Shown here: one piece after another, positions 10,448 through 20,600 of the stretch
How positions within the stretch are numbered: position 1 is the first letter of the stretch
How the letters are laid out: each line of letters opens with the position of its first letter
Assembly (NCBI GenBank): GCA_964019335.1
Contig: OZ025721.1
Location: forward strand, 310,001-374,000
From: Diplonema japonicum
Lineage: Eukaryota; Protista; Euglenozoa: Diplonemea
Direction of reading: 5' to 3'
DNA length: 64,000 nt
Made by a program: the position numbers and the translations under genes
The notes under the pieces: generated by a model
Database searches by the model: none
Seen by the model: only the letters and a program-made list of their open reading frames with translations
What the model was told of the DNA's origin: nothing

Positions 10448-11395
10448 GTGATTTATTTTCGGTTTATTTTCGTGTGAACTATTATGTGTGATAAGTCTTT
10501 ATTTCGCGGCTTTGAAATAAAAGCTCAAAAGCTTCACAAACTCTGGAGGCCCAAGCATAACAACAAAAAGTTAAAACTCATTTTCCCTTAGGAGGAATTG
10601 TAACGCTTCGGATCCGTAAATGAACCGGCCTTTGTCCACACTGGTTTCTTCCAGTGGGGGCCACGTGGGAAAATCAAAAAAAAAAATGTCCTAAGGTTCA
10701 CCAAAAAAATTTTCCAGAAAATCCATATGTCACACATTGGACCCCGGATAAATCCATTTCAGCCCTAGAAAAAGCAATTGGAAATCTTTTTAGCCCTCAT
10801 TTTGCGATTTCCGATGGGTCGCATAACGGATCCGGAGCGCAAGCCTTATTGACAAACCTTTCTGAAACTTTGTGAAGTTCTTTACCCAAGGGAAAAAAAA
10901 AAAAAAAAAAAAAAGACATTCGACGAAAAGCACGACGCGAAAGAGAAAGAGGCATCCGATCCCGGGCAGAGAAGTGAGCAGAAGAGTGAAGAAGAGGTGG
11001 TGACTGAATCACAAGTTGCGGAAACCGTTGCGCCAGTAATAGCTGTGGAAGACCACGACGAGACTACTAATGTATGAACTTAAAGAAGCACCAAAAGAAG
11101 AAAAAAAAAGGTTCTCCTTCCCGTGGTTATGGGAACCGTCCCCATCCTGAAGCTCTTAAGCACGCTCCTTTCACGTTAAATTAACAAGATCATGACACCT
11201 TATCTTTCTAGTGTACTAAGCGGAGTTAATCTCCTTCTCCCCCCCCCCCCCCCCCCCTGTTTTCCTTTCTTCCCGATCTGCGCACGAGAAAAAAAATTCA
11301 TTTCTATTTCCGAAAGTGTTTTTCCTTTTCACCCTCCTCTCCCCATTGGTATATATCATTCCTTTAAACACCACATAGGAAAAGCACGGGAGGGG

Positions 11396-13351
11396 ATGTT
11401 GTCCAAAATACCCGTCTTGGATTTAGGGAAACTATGTGACGAAGGGCGAATACTGACAAGGGCACACTCAGCAAGGGTGGGGTATTCCCCGTCACCGGGC
11501 GGGGTGCGGAGGGGCGCAGTTAATAACCCGTTACTTGGGAGGTTTCCCAGCCCGTGTCCGTCTGTAACGAGCAGGCGTGCAACTCGTTCGTCAGGCTCAG
11601 TGAGCAAGGGGCGTGTCAGGCGTTGTGGGTACACCAACGACAATGACACCAGGAAGGCTGTCAGCAATGCCGCCATGCTCGCCAAACGAGGGATTTCACC
11701 AATGCCTAAACCCGGCGCACGCCGCGGCGGAATCCCACCCCTCCCCAAACCCACCACCAAAACCCCCACCAAGGCCCCCCTCGTGGACACCCTCCTCGCA
11801 GAGCTCAGAACCAGCCCCTCTTCTCAAACAAAGTACAAGACAGGTGCAACTGTACCGCTGGCGTCGCCAAGGACTCCTCGCAGCGCGTCAACCAAACCGG
11901 CCATCCAAAGATTATTCGACACATCAAGCCCCGTAACCCTCAGGTCCACATGCACGCCTTTACAACAATCCCCCAGGGCAGGGGACACAAAGAGGGACCG
12001 CAACGCAACCACACCGATCCCGGCGCATATCAGCAACCTTGTCTGCACATGGTCAGCACAAGGCAACGAGCACAAAGACTACGGTTCCAGCGGGTATCTT
12101 AAAATTGGCAAGGGGTGCGTCTTAGGGAAGAGGTACCACCCCGTGTCGAAGCTGGGATGGGGCGAGTTCAGCACGGTGTGGCTTTGCTGGGACGAGGCGA
12201 GCAAGGAGAAGGAACTGAGCGACCCGACGGAACAGTTCGTGGCCATCAAGATATCGAAGTGCGGAACAGGGTCCGTCAACAGCACTAAAGAAGAGACACG
12301 ATTATTAAAGACGATCCAAAGCAGAAAAGGTTCGCTTCCGGATGCCGGTACTCTTCCAACCCTTTTGGACAGCTTCGACCATAAAGGGCCGCATGGGGTC
12401 CACCCGTGCATGGTTTTCAACGTCTTGGGACAGAACCTCCTGTGCTTGGTGGAGCAAGGCCACCGTCACAAGCGAGCGGTGAACCGCAACACGAGGAAGG
12501 ACCGGCGAACAAGACAGGACATCGCGTTTGTGAAGGAGACTGTTCAGTGTATTCTGAAGGGGCTGCGCAACTTAAACAGAATGAACGTCGTGCACTCGGA
12601 TCTGAAGCCGGAAAACATCATGTTGAACGGCATCTCACAGAAGATAAGGTTGGAGATGCGTTCGTGGCAGGACAAGCATCAAAAACCGTGGAGGCAGGAC
12701 CAGCTCGTCCCGACAAGCGCAGCAGATCAACGCGACCCGCAGTCCGTGTGCAGGATTTCCGATTTCGGACTATCTTTCATCCTCGAACCTGGTCTGGGAT
12801 CGAGACAAGGAAGCCACACTTCTCGTGTTAAAATATTGGAAACAGGCACGGCGACCAATCATCTCGGCCTCACAATGCAAACGAGGGAGTACCGTGCCCC
12901 TGAGATTATATATGGGTGTGACTTTACGTGTACCACAGATATCTGGTCTGTGGGTTGTATTGCGTACGAGCTTATGACCGGGGATTTCTTGATAGACCCC
13001 AAGAGAAGGATTAGAGATGGTAAAGGAGAGGATATTAATGTGGAACATGTTTGTTTGTTGCATCAGATGGCCGGGGAGCACCGTCCTCCGGGCCCCGCCG
13101 TCCACGGTTCGAAGTACTACCACAAGGACGGGCGGTTCCGGTTCAAAAATAAGCTTGCTAGGTTTTCCTCTCGCGACATCGAGTTCGAGCTGTACCCCTT
13201 TGTGTCTTCCCGTGAGGCGATAAATCTTGCTTCCTTCATCCGGTCCTGTCTCGTGGTAGACCCTGCGAAAAGGCCAACCGCCGAAATGTGTTTGCAGCAC
13301 CCCTGGTTTGCCGACCAACACCCCGCACCAACGAGCCACAGGAGGGTCTGA
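11396..13351 (+). CDS. SRPK/Sky1-family serine-arginine protein kinase (CMGC), ~651 aa, long S/P/R/T-rich N-terminus
   Basis: DYGSSGYLKIGKG..RYHPVSKLGWGEFSTVWLCWD, FVAIKI, HPCMVFNVLGQNLL, HSDLKPENIML, DFG, QTREYRAPE, DIWSVGC, PAKRPTAEMCLQHPW. Start placed at ATG 11396, after the acceptor-like AAACACCACATAG (ending 11378). The upstream extension from 11192 is low-complexity. Confidence 0.9.
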   Translation: MLSKIPVLDLGKLCDEGRILTRAHSARVGYSPSPGGVRRGAVNNPLLGRFPSPCPSVTSRRATRSSGSVSKGRVRRCGYTNDNDTRKAVSNAAMLAKRGISPMPKPGARRGGIPPLPKPTTKTPTKAPLVDTLLAELRTSPSSQTKYKTGATVPLASPRTPRSASTKPAIQRLFDTSSPVTLRSTCTPLQQSPRAGDTKRDRNATTPIPAHISNLVCTWSAQGNEHKDYGSSGYLKIGKGCVLGKRYHPVSKLGWGEFSTVWLCWDEASKEKELSDPTEQFVAIKISKCGTGSVNSTKEETRLLKTIQSRKGSLPDAGTLPTLLDSFDHKGPHGVHPCMVFNVLGQNLLCLVEQGHRHKRAVNRNTRKDRRTRQDIAFVKETVQCILKGLRNLNRMNVVHSDLKPENIMLNGISQKIRLEMRSWQDKHQKPWRQDQLVPTSAADQRDPQSVCRISDFGLSFILEPGLGSRQGSHTSRVKILETGTATNHLGLTMQTREYRAPEIIYGCDFTCTTDIWSVGCIAYELMTGDFLIDPKRRIRDGKGEDINVEHVCLLHQMAGEHRPPGPAVHGSKYYHKDGRFRFKNKLARFSSRDIEFELYPFVSSREAINLASFIRSCLVVDPAKRPTAEMCLQHPWFADQHPAPTSHRRV

Positions 13352-13367
13352 AGATTTTAAATCTGAT

Positions 13368-13407
<40 letters not shown>

Positions 13408-14304
13408 TAACAAAAAAAGAAAAAGAAAATTAATATTTAAGGTTTTTTTTTTTTTTTTTTTATTTAACAATTTTTTTTTTAAAGAAGTCGTTCTCCGCAT
13501 ACGTAGAGGCTGTCACCCCCCCCACCCCCCCTCTTTGGGCGGATTTTCTTTTCAATTTATCAAGTTGTTAAATAATTAAGGTCAGGAAGAATTTCAGGTT
13601 TTTGCTAAGGTCTTTGTTTTTTTTTTTTTTTTTTTTTTTAAACTTAAATTAATTTGAATACGGCTATTAAATATTAATGGTGATCAAGGCTCAGAGTCCA
13701 CACATTGCCTCCCCTCACCGCTGCTGGTGGTTGGGTGAGGAGGGGGGGGATTCTGAGCCTACTTCTTACTTCTCTCTTCTCTTCTTTTCTCTTCTCTTTT
13801 TTTTTTCTTCTTTCTTCTCCCCTAGATGTATCTCAAAAAAAAAATCCCCCTTTATAGTCCTGTAGTTATTTTGTCCATTTTCTTTCCCTGCCCACCTCCT
13901 CTTCTCACTCTCTCTCCTTCTTCTGAGCTTTCTTTTGGAGGGAGGGACTGTTGTCATTCTTCTTCCCCCCCTTTCCACCCTTTTTTCTCCCCCCCCCCCT
14001 CTTGTACGTGTACGCAGCTTGAAGGGAGAGCTTACAGTAAGAAAAAAAAATCTCTTCGTCACCTTTTTTTTTTCTTTCTTTTTTTCCCCTCTGTTCTCAT
14101 TCCCCCCCCCAGCAAAATTGTACTAAAGTTTTCTTTTTCTTTTTCCATACCGTATTAAATTTTTTGTTGTTGCCATTCCCCCCCCCTACCAAAAAACCCC
14201 CACTAGGTTACACACAACTAGAAAGAAGAGTCCAAGAGAAAGAAAAAAAAAAAAAAAAAAAAAAGAAAAGAGGGCGTACGAAAAAAAAAAAAAAAAAAAA
14301 AAAA

Positions 14305-14817
14305 ATGGAGTCCAACCAGATCCCTTCCGTGAACACCGCCAACCACGCAATGCAGCAAGCAAGCTTTTTGGTTGCAAAGTCTGCACTTTCTGTAGACGGG
14401 CAAGAGGAGGCGCAGCAGATCGTTCCCAGGAGGCAGAGGGACGTCTGCAGGCATTGGGCACGGGGGTACTGCAACAGGGGCACCATGTGTGGGTTTTACC
14501 ATACTGGGCCGTCACCAAACCCGGAGCTATGCAGAAAGAACTCTGAGGAGGTGGAAGACGGCTATGCTGCGACAAAGAGCAGTGTGCCTTGCAAAGACTT
14601 CCAGGTTGGGAAATGCAACAGGGGAGAAAAGTGCAAGTTCGTGCACACCGAGTGCCACTTGCCTAGACCCCGTTACCCCTTCACCGACAAAGCGCATGTA
14701 CAGGATCCCTATATGATGCAGCAGCACCTTGCATACAATGGATACGAACTTGCTGCTGCTGGTGGGCAGGTCCAGCCTCCACCCCAGTACTACAACGAGA
14801 TTCCTCAGGTAGGCAGG

Positions 14818-14857
<40 letters not shown>

Positions 14858-14991
14858 AGCAATATGTGATCCCCAACCAGCAGGTGCCTATCAACATCCC
14901 CATGCAACCTGGGAAGCCGCACTCATATGAGGCGATGATTCCGGTGCAGCCCAGGTACCCAACTGTGGTGCAACACTGCCCCTATGGATGA
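14305..14991 (+). CDS. Tandem CCCH zinc-finger RNA-binding protein (~211 aa; exons 14305-14808, 14860-14991)
   Basis: Two C-x7-C-x5-C-x3-H fingers (CRHWARGYCNRGTMCGFYH, CKDFQVGKCNRGEKCKFVH) and a Q/P/Y-rich C-terminus. The poly-Lys stretch corresponds to a GT..AG intron. Confidence 0.88.
14809..14859 (+). other. Spliceosomal intron, 51 nt, phase 0 (GTAGGCAGG-A39-CAG)
   Basis: GT/AG ends. Removal deletes VGRK13Q and restores PQ|QYV. Confidence 0.75.
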
Positions 14992-15071
14992 GGAAAGCTA
15001 GAAAAAGAGAGAGAGAGAAAGAGCCTCACTATTTTCTTCTTCTTTTTTTTTTCTCTTCTTTCATTGTACAA

Positions 15072-15127
<56 letters not shown>

Positions 15128-15245
15128 CTGCTACGCACGCTCCCTTGTTTCTTGTTTTTTCTCTCCTTTTATCCATCCCCTCCCCTTCCCTGTTCACTTG
15201 TTCGAGAGGAGGGGAAAAGAAAGTGAAGAAAAAAAAAAAAGAAAG

Positions 15246-15276
<31 letters not shown>

Positions 15277-15397
15277 AAAATAGCTCGACGCTTCTTTTTT
15301 GTTCTATTTTTTTTTTCCTTCTTCTTTTTCCTTCTTTCTTTTTTTTTTTTTTTTTTTTTTTATGTCCACAGTTTGTGATCCACCGTTTTCACGCAAG

Positions 15398-15429
<32 letters not shown>

Positions 15430-16128
15430 CTTCGTGTCTCTTTTTTTTTTTTTCTCACGGGACCCACAGTGGATATGAAAGAAAAAAAAAGGGGGGCGGG
15501 GGAACACGTGATCACTAGGGGGGTTTCAATTTTTTTTGTTAACAAGTTCCTTGGGTTTTGGAAAGGGGGGTTTTGTTTTTGTTTTTTTTTTGTTTGTTGC
15601 CCAGCTATTTTTTTTTTACCCCCTTCTCTCTCTCTTCCCCCCTTCCCCCCTCTATTTTGTATACGAGTCACTTGACCTGTCTGATGGGGACCGGGAGCAT
15701 GGGTGTGTTTGGGCTAAACTCCTACAGGTTCCCATTTGGCGCGGACGAACAAAGCTCTCCTTTTTTTTTAAAAAAAATTCTTTCTTCTATTTTCTTCTTC
15801 TTCTTCTTCTTCATTCTTTTCTCCTTTTTCTCTCTTTGTTCGGAAAAGACAGGAAGGAGGCAAGCCGGTCCAAAATCGATAACCCCCCCTTTTTTTTCTG
15901 TTAAGACAGCAACTGAATTTGCACACACTAATGCAAAGAAGGGGAAGAAAAAAAAAAAAAAAAAAAGTGCAGTAAAAAGAGGAGTGTCAGCCATTCCTTT
16001 TCTTTTCCCCCCCTCCCCACTTTCTTGGTATTTCTCCCCCTTTTTTGTTTTGTTTTTTCTTTCTTTCTCTTTTTTTTCCAAAATGTCCGTCCTCACGGCT
16101 CCAGATGTGTTCACCCCTGTAAATTTCT

Positions 16129-16162
<34 letters not shown>

Positions 16163-16236
16163 CGTTTGGCAACGCAGTTAGTTGATATCCTTATACTGGT
16201 TTGAGAGAAAAAGAAGAAGAAAAAAAAAAGAGAAGG

Positions 16237-16267
<31 letters not shown>

Positions 16268-16414
16268 AATCTCTCATATACCATCAGTCAAAAGTGCAAT
16301 CACCGCTAGATGATGACAGACAGCAGATTGGCCCCTTTTTTTATTTTTTTTGTTGTTCTTTTCTTTTTTTTAAATTGCAGTATGTCAGACAGGTACACTG
16401 AGCCGTGTGTGTTG

Positions 16415-16457
<43 letters not shown>

Positions 16458-16558
16458 CCTTTCTTCTTCTTCTCCTCTTTCTTTGAGAGCATCCTTTTCA
16501 GGCATGCTTTCCCTCCTTTATTTATTTTTTTCTCATTTCTAAAACCAAAGGGGGAAAG

Positions 16559-16591
<33 letters not shown>

Positions 16592-17673
16592 ATCACTACA
16601 CCTTTCTTTCACCTTCCCTCTCTCTTTTTCTTTTGCCCCCATTCTTTCTCCCCTCTTTTTTCTTTCCCGCCCTTGGCACTTGGCGACCGGTCCAGAAACC
16701 TTACTCTCCTCCCTCCACTTTAAAAAAAAAAAAATTCGAAAAAGAAAAAAAAAAAAGAAAAAAAAAATGAGAAAAAAAGTTTTACTTTCACCTTGCCCCT
16801 CCCTCCCATATCGGGGATCATGATTAGCACCCTGTAGAAAAAGGGGGAGAAGGAGGGAAGAAAAAAAAAAAAAAGAAAAAGAAAAACAAAACAGAACCTT
16901 CTCTTGAGTTTAGGTGCTGGGCGGGTTCCTGACCAGCCAGGTCGCGGCAAGTGGTAGTTTTTCTTTTTTTTTTCTCCCCCCCCCTTTTTTTTATTTCTTG
17001 ACTGACGAGCAGAAAGACGGTGAGAGGCGGGAGGCACATGGCTTGAGTTAGTTGCTTTTGTCCACAAAGGAAGAAAAGAAGAAAAAAAAAGTAAAAGAAC
17101 TACCTTGTGTTCCCATTCCTTCTTTTTCTTTTTCTTTTTGGCCTTCTATTTTTTTCCCCCTTTACATCAAAGTTCCTGCTGCCCCACCTTTTAGGTGAAG
17201 GGCTATAGTAGACTAACACACTAATTGAAGAAGAATGACTCAGTAAAGGAATTTTAAAAGAGGCCCCCCCCCCCCCCAAACTCTTCGCTATTTATTTTTC
17301 TCTCCACTCACCCCTACCCCCTTTTTTTTGAAATTCACACACACATTCTCTCTCTCTTTATTTATTTTTTTTACCTTACCCTGTTTCTTTTTTTTCTTCT
17401 CCCCCTCCCCCCCCTTCTTACTTTGCAAACTCAAAAAAAATGCAACATTCAATTACAGGGCGCTCCCTCCCTCCCCCCCCCCCCCCCTTTTCCCCCTTTT
17501 TCCCTTGAATCCCTCCGTCTTTGAGGAGGGCTTTTCTTGGAGAAGAAACAAAGAAAAAAAAAAAAAGAAAAAAAAAAAACCTACACGAAAAAAAAAAAAA
17601 AAAAAAAAAAAAAGAAAAAAAAACCCTTTGCATCTCCGAGGGGGCGAAACCCTTTAAAAAAGGAGAAGAAAAC

Positions 17674-20600
17674 ATGAAAGCCATCATGATGTTGATGGCG
17701 TATTGCGGTCTGGGGATGGCCCAGTACCAACACCAGCTGACTATGAAGGAGGTGGCTGGGAACGTTGAGATCCTTCCGAACTTGCACTGCCAAGACGTCG
17801 GTGGGACCTTTGCGAAGTATCTGACCTTCGAGGACAGCACGAATGGGTTCAAGGTGGCGACGGAAGACCCCTGGGGCCCGTCGCACCTGTCTGTCTGGCC
17901 GAACTACAACAGGCGCAGTGACGGGCTGGGCATCGTCAACAGCGGACTGTGCGAGTGCAGAGGCATGACTTCATTCACATTGAAATTCGTTACACCAGCA
18001 ACCGCGGCAGCACTGGATGTCTACTACCCTGGTATCAAATGGACTGTTAAGTTTTATGATGAGAACAATGCGGTTCGTGCCACGCTGACCGAGTCATCAT
18101 CAGGGGGTCTTTTCGCGCAGGACAACTGGAGCACGCAGAAGATCTCCAAGATCACTGTCGACCCCTCAGCCAACCCTGATGTCTGCCTTGATTCCATCCA
18201 CTTCACGATCGACGACATTACCCTGCCGCGTCCCAACCCCGCCACCTCCAAGTACCCCTCCCTCACCAAGACCAACGCTGTCGTCACCGACTCCTCCACC
18301 ACCATCTCAACAGCCTCTACCGTTGTCGTTAAGCTCTGGGGTGCAGGCGGCGGTGCTTCCACCACCACGCTTGGGAGGTGTTACGAAAATCGTCAGTGGG
18401 ACTCCTCCTCCAGCCAGACGGTCGAGCAGTCGATTCACCACGACAACGAACAGGCGTGCACCGGGGCAGGCTTCACGTTCGTCCCGATTGTCGGTCACGG
18501 TGGGCACGGTGCCTACTGCGAGATGACGCTTTCTGTGTCACCTGGCGACGTTGTGTCCTTCAAGATCGGCCAGGGTGGTGCGGGAAGCACTGTGTCCGGC
18601 AGCGTGGGTATGGGCGGCAGCAGCACTGAAGTGCGTGTGAACGGCATTCTCATGGCCACTGCGGCCGGTGGTGGTGGTGGGTCGCGTGGTGCGCAAGGTG
18701 GTAACGGTGGCGTGACTACTGGACAGACGGGTACCGACGGCAGCAATGCGGTCTGGCCCGACACACCAGGTGCTGGCGGTGTGAGCATGTGTTCAGGTGT
18801 ATCAGCAAGCGCCAAGGCAGACCTCAGGACTGTGGTTCCCCAGGGCGGCGACGTCTTCTACAGTGGGAACGCTGGCAGAGGTGGTGACGTCTACTACGTG
18901 AACGGTAAGAATGGTCGCGTTGCTTGGATCTACGACGCAAGCGTGTGCGGGAACTGCAAGCTGGAGACGGGCGAGACTTGCGACGACGGCAACAGGGACT
19001 CCAACGACGGGTGTGACTCCAACTGCGCTGTGGAGCCTGACTACACATGCATCAACGACGCCCCTATTCAGGCATACGAGCTACGCGGAGCCCTCCCTTC
19101 TGCAGTGTGCAGGCCCAACGCTGCCTCTGTGTCCGCCTTCACCATTACCAACCAGGACTCTTCTGTCCTTCTTGAGTGCAGAAACGACTGGTGCTTGAAG
19201 ATGGAAAGGAGCCTTGACGGCACCGCAAAGCTGACGGGTACTCTGTACGTTGTAGAGGTGTCGCAGGGCTTCGGCGGTGTCAGCAAAACATACAAGAACG
19301 GGTTCAAGGTGGACATCAAGCTGTCAGGAAAGTCGACTGACCCTGCTGACAGGACCAACCTCGAGATGGAGCCTTCCTGCTACAAGTCTGGCGGTGGTAC
19401 TGTGGCACAGTCTGAGTGGGTGATGTACAAGATGGCTACTGGTACCCTCACGGGGATGGGTGTCTACCAAGGTGCTGTGTACTCCGTGCAGCAGGCATCT
19501 CCTGCCCGTTTCGGTAAGGGTGGTAGTGACTTCAACACACTTCCAGGGTTCTCCATGAACATCGACCTGCAGGTGTCATCGAGCATCAGCAGCATGCCCT
19601 TCACGGCAGGCACCGCGCAAGTTGCGTTGGATGCGAGGGCTCAGGACAGCGAGGAGCGCTGCACGGCTATGTCGTCATTGAACGGTTACACCTGCACTGC
19701 GATGAAGGTGAACAGCGCTACGACTAGTGTTGCATGCGAGGAGGCGTGCTGCAACGACAGGATCTGTGAGAAGTGGCTGTTCGTTGGTGGCGAGTGCCGT
19801 CACGGTGGAGCTGACTCTGTGTGTACCTCGGCTGGTGCTTCCAGCACTGGTGGTGCGATCACAACGAACGCTTTCGTGCCCTCTGCTGCCTGCTCTCTGT
19901 GCAGCCTGTGCAGTGCCCCTACCGACCTTGACCTCTGCGCCACCGTTGTCGACGCGAGCTCGTCCCCCAAGTTAGTTCTCACCATCACCAACCCTGCCCC
20001 GTGGGAGGTTACCATCAGCCAGCTGTCTGCCAGGATGACCGACATTACCCCCCAGGTTACAGTTCCTCTCAGCAGTGTCAGCGTTATCCCTGCCTTTAGC
20101 ACTGTCACTGTCGAGGGCAGCTTCAGCCTGGGATCCTCCCCGAGGACAGGTTCTTACTCCGCTCTTGTCGAGGCGACGTACACTGGCAGGGAACAGCTCA
20201 AGCAGACGTGGACCCCTGTTGTCTACATCAGCGGGTCGCTGAATCTGGTGATCATGTCGCCTCTGGGAGCAAACCCTGTCTCGGTGGGCAGTGCTAGCGT
20301 TCCTTTGCCCAGTATCGCCATCACGGTTAAAGCGACGATCGGTGGCACGGAAACCGAGCTGCCCTCTTCGGCTTGGAATGTGCTTATCGGGACGACTTCA
20401 ACTACCGCGCTTGTGAGCTACAACAAGGTGTCGAAGGAGCACACGCTGCTGGTGAAGCCGCCCCCGTTCACCACGGGGTGCAACTTCATGCAGCCGGGTG
20501 CTTCGGCCGGGGCGAGCGGTGGGAAGTGCAACATCAGGGTGGAGGCTGTGGTCGGTGGGTCAACGTGCAACCAGGTCGTCATCAAGGCACACGCAACAGA

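Noticed and set aside
16310-16401. ATGATGA...CTGA spacing resembling a box C/D snoRNA
   Set aside because: The interior is mostly poly(T), with no terminal stem and no recognisable rRNA guide.
14988-17657. Poly-Phe / poly-Lys ORFs in intergenic regions (also 56.7-59.4 kb and 60.9-63.4 kb)
   Set aside because: Translations of homopolymer runs, not proteins.
17521-17673. Track start of the giant ORF at 17521 (likewise 11192 and 14164 for the other genes)
   Set aside because: These extensions are low-complexity poly-K/P/F, and two begin at TTG. ATG 17674 gives a proper signal peptide.
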